Assembly (NCBI GenBank): GCA_049287305.1
Contig: JBAQFO010000012.1
Location: 7,113-71,112, forward strand
Origin: Minisyncoccia bacterium
GTDB lineage: Bacteria > Patescibacteriota > Minisyncoccia > Phycocordibacterales > UBA9973
Length of the DNA stretch: 64,000 nucleotides
Direction of reading: 5' to 3'
In this document: in pieces, positions 9,377 to 16,701 of the stretch
Position numbering within the stretch: the first letter of the stretch is position 1
Layout of the letters: each line of letters begins with the position of its first letter
Program-made: the position numbers and the translations under genes
Notes under the pieces: model-generated
Databases searched by the model: none
What the model was told of the DNA's origin: nothing
Seen by the model: only the letters and a program-made list of their open reading frames with translations

Positions 9377-9895
9377 TTCAGTCTTTCCTTATCTGTGTAT
9401 TTTTCCGTTAGCTGTAAGCCCAAAAGGCCATTTCTTGGGTTTACAGCTAACTTTATTTTCAAGGTAGATTCTTGCGCATTATACACCTTTTAGCCTTATT
9501 TGTCAATAAGCTGGTTTTATTAAAATTGAGTGTAAAATACCCCTTTTTTATCCAACTATAGGTAAGTTTCCGAAAAAGGTGTTAAGTTTTTATTAAAATA
9601 TACACTTTTCAGAAAAAATAGGTTTTCCACATATCTCCCCTTTTAGGTTGACTTGAGGCTTTTCATTGGCTACCCTATAGGTATAGTTCTGATTAGGGGT
9701 CCGGTGCTAGCTGTCCGAATGATAGAGTTGATAGTAATAATCGTGAGAACCTTTGTGAGCAGTGCTATAGGTCGTGCTGTAATTCTACCTTATATTAATT
9801 AACTTAATTGGTAGAATAAGGAAATCTCGCGGTAATTTGTTTAGTTTATTAAACCTCAATTTAAAATATTAAGATCTTCCATTGCCTTTTTCCTC

Positions 9896-10909
9896 TTGTT
9901 CGGGGTCCTTTTTTTCCCCCTCATGGTGGAAGCGGGATTCTTTTCTTATTTGGCTGGAGAAAGCGCCAACGCCCAGGTTGTTCCCGCGGTAGCGCAAAAT
10001 AACAGCAACTCTCAGGTAGCCTTTGCTCTTGAACCTATGGCTACATTTGGGTCAGAAAAGAACGACATGCCAGGCGAGGTTGTTATTTCTGACAATGCCC
10101 TTCATGCCCACATTGGCCCGCTCGGCTCCGGCTCGGCGGGCATTTCTAGTGGAGGAACAGGGTCCGGTGACTTCTCTTTTGATGAAATAAGCTTTTACGA
10201 AGTGAGAAAGGGAGACACCTTGGCGCAGGTAGCCGAACTCTTTGATGTTTCCGAAGACACCATTCTTTCCGCCAACGACATGAAGAAGGGCGACAAGCTA
10301 AAGGTGGGTGAAGTCCTTCTTATTCTTCCTTTCTCGGGAGTGGAATACACCGTGGTTAAAGGAGATACTCCGCAAGGTATAGCCAACAAGCACAAGGTGA
10401 GCTTGAATGACATTTTAATACACAATGACATAGACTTGGATTCTCCGCTTTCTATCGGAGACAAGCTTATGATACCGGGAGCAAGTTTGCCGAGCGAGAC
10501 TAAACCAAAAAACGGGGCGGGCAACGTGGCCAAAGGAAAAGGGTCTTCATCAATGCCAAGCATTGTCGGCTTCTTTAAGAATCCTATTTCCGGAGGTAGA
10601 AAATCAAGAGGCGTAACCTCTACCCATAAAGGGGTTGATATCGCGGCTCCAATAGGCACACCTATTTATGCTTCAGCCGGAGGAAAAGTTTTGACCGCGA
10701 AAATGGGGTGGAACGGAGCTTTCGGAAACATGGTAATCTTGCAACACGAAAACGGTACTAAAACTCTTTACGCCCACATGTCAAAACTTGGCACTACAAC
10801 CGGCTCCCAAATAAACCAAGGAGATGTGATCGGATACGTGGGAAACAGCGGACGTTCAACGGGCCCCCATTTGCACTTCGAAGTTTTAGGAGCTAAAAAT
10901 CCTTTCTAG
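9896..10909 (+). CDS. LysM-domain M23 family metallopeptidase (cell-wall hydrolase)
   Basis: Two LysM repeats (VRKGDTLAQVA..., VVKGDTPQGIA...) and the M23 motifs HKGVDIAAP and GPHLHFEV. A signal-peptide-like N-terminus means the true start may be a non-ATG codon slightly upstream. Confidence 0.85.
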   Translation: MFGVLFFPLMVEAGFFSYLAGESANAQVVPAVAQNNSNSQVAFALEPMATFGSEKNDMPGEVVISDNALHAHIGPLGSGSAGISSGGTGSGDFSFDEISFYEVRKGDTLAQVAELFDVSEDTILSANDMKKGDKLKVGEVLLILPFSGVEYTVVKGDTPQGIANKHKVSLNDILIHNDIDLDSPLSIGDKLMIPGASLPSETKPKNGAGNVAKGKGSSSMPSIVGFFKNPISGGRKSRGVTSTHKGVDIAAPIGTPIYASAGGKVLTAKMGWNGAFGNMVILQHENGTKTLYAHMSKLGTTTGSQINQGDVIGYVGNSGRSTGPHLHFEVLGAKNPF

Positions 10910-10939
10910 TTTTAAATATTTATTTTTCAAACGTTGTAT

Positions 10940-11689
10940 TTACTCCAAGTAAGTTAAAGCTACCATGGCGAAAACTCCTGCCACCACGGCGGCTATTTGT
11001 AGCACTGAGTATGTTACTTTTTTTGTTTTATGAAGTTCCGGGATAAGGTCAGCAACGGCGACGTAAATAAATCCGCCGGCGGCAATCGGCAAAATCCACA
11101 AAGAAAAATTTTCTCCGACGTTACCCAACATTAACGCCACGAAAACACCCAAAAAAGAACAAATAGCTGAAAGAAAATTTAGCCACAGAGCTCGGGTTTT
11201 GGTGTATCCTGAGTGAAGTAAGACGGCAAAGTCCCCTATTTCTTGAGGGATTTCGTGGAGAATAACCGCCACCGTGGTGGCAACCCCCACCGCCGGACTT
11301 ACCAGGAAACTCACGCCGATGATGATACCGTCTATAAAATTGTGCACTCCGTCAGAGAAGAGAATTAATCTTCCTGCCGGATGAATATTGGGCTCGGAAT
11401 GGTCTTCGCCATGATGGTGCCAGTGTAGGAATTTTTCCACTATGAAAAATATTACTACCCCCAGAATTATAAGAATACTTACAGATGCGGAGTTCATCGA
11501 ACTTTCAAAAGCTTCCGGTATCAGATGAATGAATGCATCTCCCAACAAGGCGCCTACGGCCAAAGAAATAAAAATAAAAATATATTTACGCAGAAGTTCT
11601 TCTTTAATGGACAGAGTAAAAACTCCCACAAAAGATACTAAGCTTACTATTGTTACGCTAACCAGGGCGTAGGCGTATGTTATTATCAT
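10940..11689 (-). CDS. zupT: ZIP-family divalent metal (zinc) transporter ZupT-like
   Basis: HWHHHGEDH His-rich loop, HNFIDG and HEIPQEIGDF motifs, 8 TM segments. Confidence 0.85.
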   Translation of the reverse strand: MIITYAYALVSVTIVSLVSFVGVFTLSIKEELLRKYIFIFISLAVGALLGDAFIHLIPEAFESSMNSASVSILIILGVVIFFIVEKFLHWHHHGEDHSEPNIHPAGRLILFSDGVHNFIDGIIIGVSFLVSPAVGVATTVAVILHEIPQEIGDFAVLLHSGYTKTRALWLNFLSAICSFLGVFVALMLGNVGENFSLWILPIAAGGFIYVAVADLIPELHKTKKVTYSVLQIAAVVAGVFAMVALTYLE

Positions 11690-11786
11690 TTGATAATCGT
11701 ATACTAAATAAAACTATTTGCAAAACTTATAAAAAAGCGATGGGCGGGGGTCAGAACGATGATGCCGTTCCGACTACCCCGCCCCT

Positions 11787-11909
11787 TCAGCTGATCCACC
11801 ACAATGCTACCGCGAGGAAGACTATCATGATGGTTGCGAACTGCACGTTGTTGGGAGGGCCTGGTCTTTCCTCCCGCAACTCTGCCCAGTAACGCTCTAG
11901 CAGATTCAT
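11787..11909 (-). CDS. Small single-TM protein (40 aa), GC-rich
   Basis: Own translation: MNLLERYWAELREERPGPPNNVQFATIMIVFLAVALWWIS. SD AAGGAG lies 9 nt upstream, and a GC hairpin (ggcgggg/ccccgcc) plus T-run follows the stop. Not in the ORF track (under 60 aa). Overlapping track ORFs in other frames lack such signals. Confidence 0.35.
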   Translation of the reverse strand: MNLLERYWAELREERPGPPNNVQFATIMIVFLAVALWWIS

Positions 11910-12054
11910 ACGATGGGTCTCCTTCTGCCCCGAATTCTACATATAAAAATTTTTTAGTCAACCAACAGGTTTGGATTAAGTCCGTATAAAAAAACAAGGC
12001 GGGGACGAGGCGATGTTCTGCCTCTTACTCCCCGCCTTGCGGCGATCGTGCGTG

Positions 12055-12204
12055 TTACGAGATCAATGCGATGACGGCGGTCAGGAGCAGTGTTGCTCCG
12101 GTGACCCACCGCAACCAGATTGCCACGTACCACCACGGCTTTTTTTCGGTCTGTTTGACGTCGTCGCCCCAGACCGAAGTGCCTGCCGGTGTCAGAATGG
12201 CCAT
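12055..12204 (-). CDS. Small single-TM protein (49 aa), GC-rich
   Basis: Own translation: MAILTPAGTSVWGDDVKQTEKKPWWYVAIWLRWVTGATLLLTAVIALIS. SD GGAGG lies 6 nt upstream. A perfect 11-bp-stem hairpin (caaggcgggga/tccccgccttg, 11995-12038) followed by TTTTTTT on the minus strand is a classic intrinsic terminator. Confidence 0.4.
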   Translation of the reverse strand: MAILTPAGTSVWGDDVKQTEKKPWWYVAIWLRWVTGATLLLTAVIALIS

Positions 12205-12313
12205 TCGGCACCTCCTTCGTTTTTGATACTACAACTATCTTATAATTAGTCAAATTTATAACTTCAGAGGCTAGAATATTTATCTTCTTTGTGTTAAGAT
12301 AATCCAGTTGAAG

Positions 12314-12384
12314 CGGGCCGTAGTATACCGGTAGTACAAGTGCTTTGGGAGCATTTAGACTGGGTTCAATTCCCAGCGGCCCGA
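12314..12384 (+). tRNA. tRNA-Pro (anticodon TGG)
   Basis: Cloverleaf by hand: acceptor cgggccg/cggcccg, anticodon loop tttggga, T-arm ctggg-ttcaatt-cccag. No encoded CCA. Confidence 0.8.
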
Positions 12385-12388
12385 CATT

Positions 12389-12459
12389 GCGGGATTAGTT
12401 TAATGGTAAAATAACAGTTTTCCAAACTGTGGTTGGGAGTTCGATTCTCCCATCCCGCA
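12389..12459 (+). tRNA. tRNA-Gly (anticodon TCC)
   Basis: Acceptor gcgggat/atcccgc, anticodon stem acagt/actgt with loop tttccaa, T-arm gggag-ttcgatt-ctccc. Sits 4 nt after tRNA-Pro. Confidence 0.85.
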
Positions 12460-12473
12460 CAGAGTAAGGGACA

Positions 12474-12496
12474 AAAAGCAAATTTATTTGCTTTTG
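12474..12496 (+). terminator. Intrinsic terminator after the tRNA-Pro/tRNA-Gly pair
   Basis: aagcaaat-tt-atttgctt hairpin followed by TTTTG. Confidence 0.5.
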
Positions 12497-12568
12497 AGGA
12501 GATTCGAAAGATTTTTTGCTGTAGTGAGCTTGTCGAATCTACCAAAAAATACCTGGCTATGTAATAGC

Positions 12569-12588
12569 CGATTCTCCCATCCCGCACA
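12569..12588 (+). repeat. 20-nt direct repeat of the tRNA-Gly(TCC) 3' end (att-like remnant)
   Basis: cgattctcccatcccgcaca occurs at 12442-12461 (inside the tRNA) and again at 12569-12588, preceded by the small hairpin ggctatgtaatagcc. Confidence 0.6.
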
Positions 12589-12592
12589 ACAT

Positions 12593-13714
12593 TTAAGCAG
12601 CAGCTTTTTTAACTTCTTCAATCGAGTCGCCTTCAGCGACTACTTCCAAATTCTTATTTAATCTTCTAAATTTCCCTCCTTCTTTGCGAGGTTTGAGGAT
12701 GATGTCGTCTGAAACTTTTCCCCCTGTGCTCCAGCTTGAGTGTATACCCCAAGAAACAGATTCTTCAACATAAAAACCCGTTTCATCTTCAAACATAAGT
12801 GTTCCATCTTCTAACAAAATATTGTAGCCGAAGCCTGCTCTTACGACAGCTCGAGTCTTTGTATCATTCGGTACATATTCACCTATTTTGTGTAAAATTA
12901 TTGCATTTTTGTCTAGAATATAAATGTTATTGTCATGTTTTACCATCCATAAATTTCCCACGCTTGGTATTATTGGGTTATCGTATTCCTTAGATAGTTT
13001 CCCTGTTTCTGCGGAGAAAAGTCTATATTTAATGTCACCGAAAAAACCTCCATAAGTCACAATAACCGCGCTATCTTTCCGGACGCTACCTATTGCAGGA
13101 ATTTCTTGTTTAACGACTTCATGCCCCTGCTGATCGACAACAAAGTAACCATCTTGTTTGTTACCGACTATGCTAAAGCGGCCTACCGATTCAAACTTTG
13201 CTCTCATGGCCTCACCTCCCCTATTCTCGTAAATTTCTTTTTGCACAGCTTCTTTAAACTTTTCTTTATCCAAAAATTCTAAATTCGGAAATGTATTATC
13301 TATCTCATAAACTTTTTTACATAAATCAGAAATTGTATTTATGTCGTGCTCCAACAATTCAACGAACTCCTCCTGTGCAATATTAGCTAAAAAAAGCTCA
13401 ACAGCCTGTCGTATTTGGGTTACAAGATCATCGTATTCTTTAAATTTAACTAATTTTTCTGAGCTGTTCTCCTCGTTCTCATGCTTCGCCTGGTAGTTTA
13501 CGACACACTCATCAACTTGAGATAAAAATTGAGGCGCGAGTTCGGCTAACTGTTCTATCTTTTTCCTATTCTGTAATTCTTTTTTTTCTTGTTCTGCTAA
13601 AAAATCAGATCTCGTTACGGGGCCAAAATCAGTCGCACCGCGGATTATCGCTTCCTCTACCTCTTTTATATTCTGGTTACTATTTTCAGTATTCAAAAAG
13701 TTTTCTAAAGGCAT
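12593..13714 (-). CDS. Hypothetical protein
   Basis: 373-aa ORF with an acidic helical N-terminus and a Gly/Trp-containing beta-rich C-terminal half. No recognised motif. Confidence 0.55.
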   Translation of the reverse strand: MPLENFLNTENSNQNIKEVEEAIIRGATDFGPVTRSDFLAEQEKKELQNRKKIEQLAELAPQFLSQVDECVVNYQAKHENEENSSEKLVKFKEYDDLVTQIRQAVELFLANIAQEEFVELLEHDINTISDLCKKVYEIDNTFPNLEFLDKEKFKEAVQKEIYENRGGEAMRAKFESVGRFSIVGNKQDGYFVVDQQGHEVVKQEIPAIGSVRKDSAVIVTYGGFFGDIKYRLFSAETGKLSKEYDNPIIPSVGNLWMVKHDNNIYILDKNAIILHKIGEYVPNDTKTRAVVRAGFGYNILLEDGTLMFEDETGFYVEESVSWGIHSSWSTGGKVSDDIILKPRKEGGKFRRLNKNLEVVAEGDSIEEVKKAAA

Positions 13715-13744
13715 ATCAAGATCATATCACATCTTAAGTCTAAG

Positions 13745-14185
13745 TTACAAAATAACGTCACTGACTACTTTTATCTTTGCTTTTTTGTCTTTTAGGCTCA
13801 AAAATACAACCAATAAATCTACCTGCCACTCTTTTTCGTTAGGCACTTTTTTAGATAAAAGATATGTTTGAATTGTCCGGGACAGCCTCTTTTGTTTCCA
13901 GGGATGCATATTGTCTTCTGGATGATATTGGTCCAGGGTTTCATGCCCGCCTAGACTCGAGTTAGTCGAGGCTGGTGTAACCATTTCCAGGCTTTGTTTT
14001 GAAACTGATTTTACTTCCACAAAATGTATTTTATTGTCTTTCTCAGCAATTACGTCTATTTCACCCCATTTTTCAGTGAAGTTTCTTTCTAAAATTAAAA
14101 AATTATGTTTCATGAGAAACTTTACCGCCACGTTTTCCCCAATCTCTCCCACTTTTTGACTTTCGGAAGTAAATTTTTTAGGCAT
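13745..14185 (-). CDS. yraN: YraN/UPF0102 family putative endonuclease
   Basis: GEIGENVAVKFL...ILERNF...GEIDVIAEKDNKIHFVEVKS matches the UPF0102 core, with a roughly 40-aa insertion. Confidence 0.7.
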   Translation of the reverse strand: MPKKFTSESQKVGEIGENVAVKFLMKHNFLILERNFTEKWGEIDVIAEKDNKIHFVEVKSVSKQSLEMVTPASTNSSLGGHETLDQYHPEDNMHPWKQKRLSRTIQTYLLSKKVPNEKEWQVDLLVVFLSLKDKKAKIKVVSDVIL

Positions 14186-14421
14186 TTGAGTTATATTTCA
14201 CAAAACATCCCCAGTTTCACATGGAACATGTTTCACGTGAAACACTTAACTATATTTTAATGTCTTTTATCAAAATATCCTTATTTTACAATGCGTTTCT
14301 ATAAAAACAGGGGTCTTTTACAGGTTTTCAAAAGTGTCCTTTATAAACATTACCAACAGAGTTATCCACAGTTGTGCATAAAATCCTTATAAAGCTGGAT
14401 TTTTCTAAAGGACATCACTAA

Positions 14422-14495
14422 TGGTGCGGCCAGGGAGAATCGAACTCCCGTCTCATCCTTGGCAAGGACGTGTTCTACCACTAAACCATGACCGC
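14422..14495 (-). tRNA. tRNA-Gly (anticodon GCC), CCA encoded
   Basis: Reverse complement folds into a cloverleaf: gcggtca...tggccgc-acca, anticodon loop ttgccaa, T-arm gggag-ttcgatt-ctccc. Confidence 0.85.
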
Positions 14496-14626
14496 TAAAA
14501 AATAACCTTTTCATTATAGTATGTCTGTATGACTAATGCAATTAGCAAACAAGCTTGTAAAATAAGCCTTATTTGCCAATTTTATTATAATAGTGTAATA
14601 TATACGTATTAGTAAGTGATTAATTA

Positions 14627-14698
14627 GCACCCGTAGTGAAATGGATATCACAACAGTCTTCGGAACTGTCGTTGGGGGTTCGAATCCCTCCGGGTGCA
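14627..14698 (+). tRNA. tRNA-Arg (anticodon TCG)
   Basis: Acceptor gcacccg/cgggtgc, anticodon stem acagt/actgt with loop cttcgga, T-loop ttcgaat. Confidence 0.8.
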
Positions 14699-14708
14699 CA
14701 AAAGTAAA

Positions 14709-16262
14709 ATGGACTCTTCGAAAAACTTAATAGAAAAAATCCCCAAACAAGTTTCACATGTAACCACAACCTTAGAAAAGGCTGGTTTTGAGGCGTTCCT
14801 GGTGGGCGGATGCGTTAGGGACCTAATCATGGACAGGGAACCAAAGGACTGGGATATCACCACCAATGCAAAGCCAGAACAAATAATGGCATTGTTTGAG
14901 AAAACCGTATATGAGAATACTTTTGGGACCGTGGGGGTCTGCGTTCCGCGTGAAACGGAAAAAAGTGTTTCACATGTAACGCGAAAAGAGGAGGTTACTC
15001 ATGAAACATTCGAATATGATATTATTGAGGTGACTCCCTATAGAATTGAGACAAAATATAGCGATTTTAGACATCCGGACGAAGTCCGATTTAGCGATAA
15101 GCTTGAAGATGACCTTAAAAGACGTGACTTCACAGTCAATGCCTTAGCATTAAGAATTAGCGATAATTCTAAAGGACATGTAGTGGACCTATTTGGAGGC
15201 ATAAAGGACATAAAGGACAAAACATTAAAAGCCGTGGGGGAGGCGGATGATAGATTTTCGGAGGATGCGCTCCGAATGTTGCGAGCAGTGCGCTTCGCTT
15301 GCCAACTTGATTTTTCTGTGTCGTATGAAGTAACCCAAAGTATTGTAAAAAATTCGGAATTAATAAAAAAAATATCGGCTGAAAGAATTCGTGACGAGCT
15401 TGTAAAAATAATTATGTCAAAAAATTCCGCGAGTGGAATTACTATGCTCTCTAAATTCGGATTGTTAAAAAATATTATTCCGGAGCTTGAAGAGGGGATA
15501 GGGTGTGACCAATCCGGAGAACATATTTATGATGTGTGGACGCACTTACTTATGGCTATGCAGCATGCCGGGGACAAGAATTGGCCTTTAGAAATAAGGC
15601 TCTCCGCGCTGTTTCACGATATAGGCAAACCCCGAACGAGAAGGCTTGCTGAAGATAAAACCAAAAAAATGTATACGTTTTACGGACACGAAGTGGTGGG
15701 CGCCAGGATGACGAAAAAAATAATGGAGCGATTAAAGTTTCCGAAAAAAGAAATTGATTTCGTGGAAAAAATGGTGCGTAGCCACATGTTCTTTTCCGAT
15801 ACGGAACTCATTACTCTTTCCGCTGTGCGAAGAATTATTGCTAAAGTTGGAAAAGAAAATATCTGGCTCTTGATGAATGTGCGGGAGTGCGACCGAGTTG
15901 GCATGAAGAAAAAAGAAGCGCCGTATCGTCTGCGCAAGTATTTTGCGATGATAGAAGAGGCGCTCCGTGATCCGATATCGGTCAACCAGCTTAAAGTTGA
16001 CGGAGAGTTTATGATAAAAGAGCTTGAAATCAAACCTGGTCCCCGCATGGGCTGGATTTTGCACGCACTTTTAGAAGAAGTGCTGGATGCGCCGGAGAAA
16101 AACACAGTGGAGCATCTGTCCGACCTGGTAAAATCCCTGAACATGCTCGGCGATGCTGAACTAAAAGCCCTAGGGGAACGAGGGAAAGAGAAGAAAGAAG
16201 AATTAGAAGAGAAAGAGGTAGAAAAATTGCATTCCAAGCACGGAGTGAGGAAAAATTCGTAA
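14709..16262 (+). CDS. cca: CCA-adding enzyme / tRNA nucleotidyltransferase with HD domain
   Basis: GGCVRDLIMDREPKDWDITT Pol-beta nucleotidyltransferase head plus HD region (HDIGKP). Start taken at the ATG right after tRNA-Arg; the track's upstream GTG overlaps the tRNA. Contains insertions encoding a VSHVT repeat. Confidence 0.85.
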   Translation: MDSSKNLIEKIPKQVSHVTTTLEKAGFEAFLVGGCVRDLIMDREPKDWDITTNAKPEQIMALFEKTVYENTFGTVGVCVPRETEKSVSHVTRKEEVTHETFEYDIIEVTPYRIETKYSDFRHPDEVRFSDKLEDDLKRRDFTVNALALRISDNSKGHVVDLFGGIKDIKDKTLKAVGEADDRFSEDALRMLRAVRFACQLDFSVSYEVTQSIVKNSELIKKISAERIRDELVKIIMSKNSASGITMLSKFGLLKNIIPELEEGIGCDQSGEHIYDVWTHLLMAMQHAGDKNWPLEIRLSALFHDIGKPRTRRLAEDKTKKMYTFYGHEVVGARMTKKIMERLKFPKKEIDFVEKMVRSHMFFSDTELITLSAVRRIIAKVGKENIWLLMNVRECDRVGMKKKEAPYRLRKYFAMIEEALRDPISVNQLKVDGEFMIKELEIKPGPRMGWILHALLEEVLDAPEKNTVEHLSDLVKSLNMLGDAELKALGERGKEKKEELEEKEVEKLHSKHGVRKNS

Positions 16263-16387
16263 TTATCTTTCCCCTATAAATTGAAAAGCACCAGAGAAGC
16301 TGTGCTTTCCTAGTGCTGATATCTCAGGACATTTTCCCTTTTCGGGCGGAGTCCCCTGAGGTGGACCCCGCCCGCGCCCTCGGTTGT

Positions 16388-16549
16388 TCACTTCGTCGCC
16401 GTTGCCGTTGAGGGCGAAGAGGGTGAAACTTCGTGAGCAGTCAAGTTCGAACAGACCTTGACTACCAACAACATGACCACGATAATCCCCATAATGGTGA
16501 GACGCCTGGCACGCACAATTAGGTCTTCCACACTCTCTCCTTTCAACAT
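16388..16549 (-). CDS. Possible small single-TM protein (53 aa) in a GC-rich intergenic patch
   Basis: Own translation: MLKGESVEDLIVRARRLTIMGIIVVMLLVVKVCSNLTAHEVSPSSPSTATATK. GC-rich hairpins downstream. Speculative; the patch could instead be a structured RNA. Confidence 0.25.
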   Translation of the reverse strand: MLKGESVEDLIVRARRLTIMGIIVVMLLVVKVCSNLTAHEVSPSSPSTATATK

Positions 16550-16654
16550 CTATGTAGATTATAGTATATTATATAGAAAATGTCAATATATTTAGTCATA
16601 ATTTTAATCATTATAGTCAACAATTATATAATATATTTAGAAAATGGCTTATTT

Positions 16655-16694
16655 TTGTCAAAAAATATTGACACAGAATATTTTACGAGTATAA
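16655..16694 (+). promoter_or_regulatory. Sigma70-like promoter with palindromic operator upstream of the TrmB-family regulator gene
   Basis: TTGACA (16667-72), 16 nt, TATAAT (16689-94). The -35 element is the right arm of the palindrome TGTCAA-aaaata-TTGACA (16655-16672). Confidence 0.45.
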
Positions 16695-16701
16695 TAAGGG
16701 A

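Noticed and set aside
8591-9493. 300-aa plus-strand ORF antisense to the lytic transglycosylase gene
   Set aside because: It lies entirely within a GC-rich gene that has a clear SLT catalytic motif on the opposite strand. The translation is low-complexity Arg/Pro/Ser junk typical of antisense frames in GC-rich DNA. No RBS or start context.
11704-12253. Track ORFs 11704..11997, 11954..12253 (minus) and 12013..12249 (plus, Cys-rich)
   Set aside because: None has a ribosome-binding site at appropriate spacing. The two short frames I annotate instead have SDs and are each followed by a hairpin plus T-run terminator on the correct strand.
14514-14866. Minus-strand ORFs 14514..14699 and 14648..14866
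   Set aside because: They overlap tRNA-Arg and the cca start region, have no motifs, and are an AT-rich frame artefact.
14214-14980. Considered whether the GTTTCAC repeats form a CRISPR array
   Set aside because: Copies are 14 nt, irregularly spaced (3, about 510 and about 200 nt apart), two are inside a conserved coding sequence, and no cas genes are nearby.
16270-16550. GC-rich intergenic patch after cca as SRP RNA, tmRNA or RNase P RNA
   Set aside because: I could not find the conserved SRP domain IV motif, a tRNA-like tmRNA 3' end, or RNase P P4 sequences. Left as a possible small ORF or structured terminator region.
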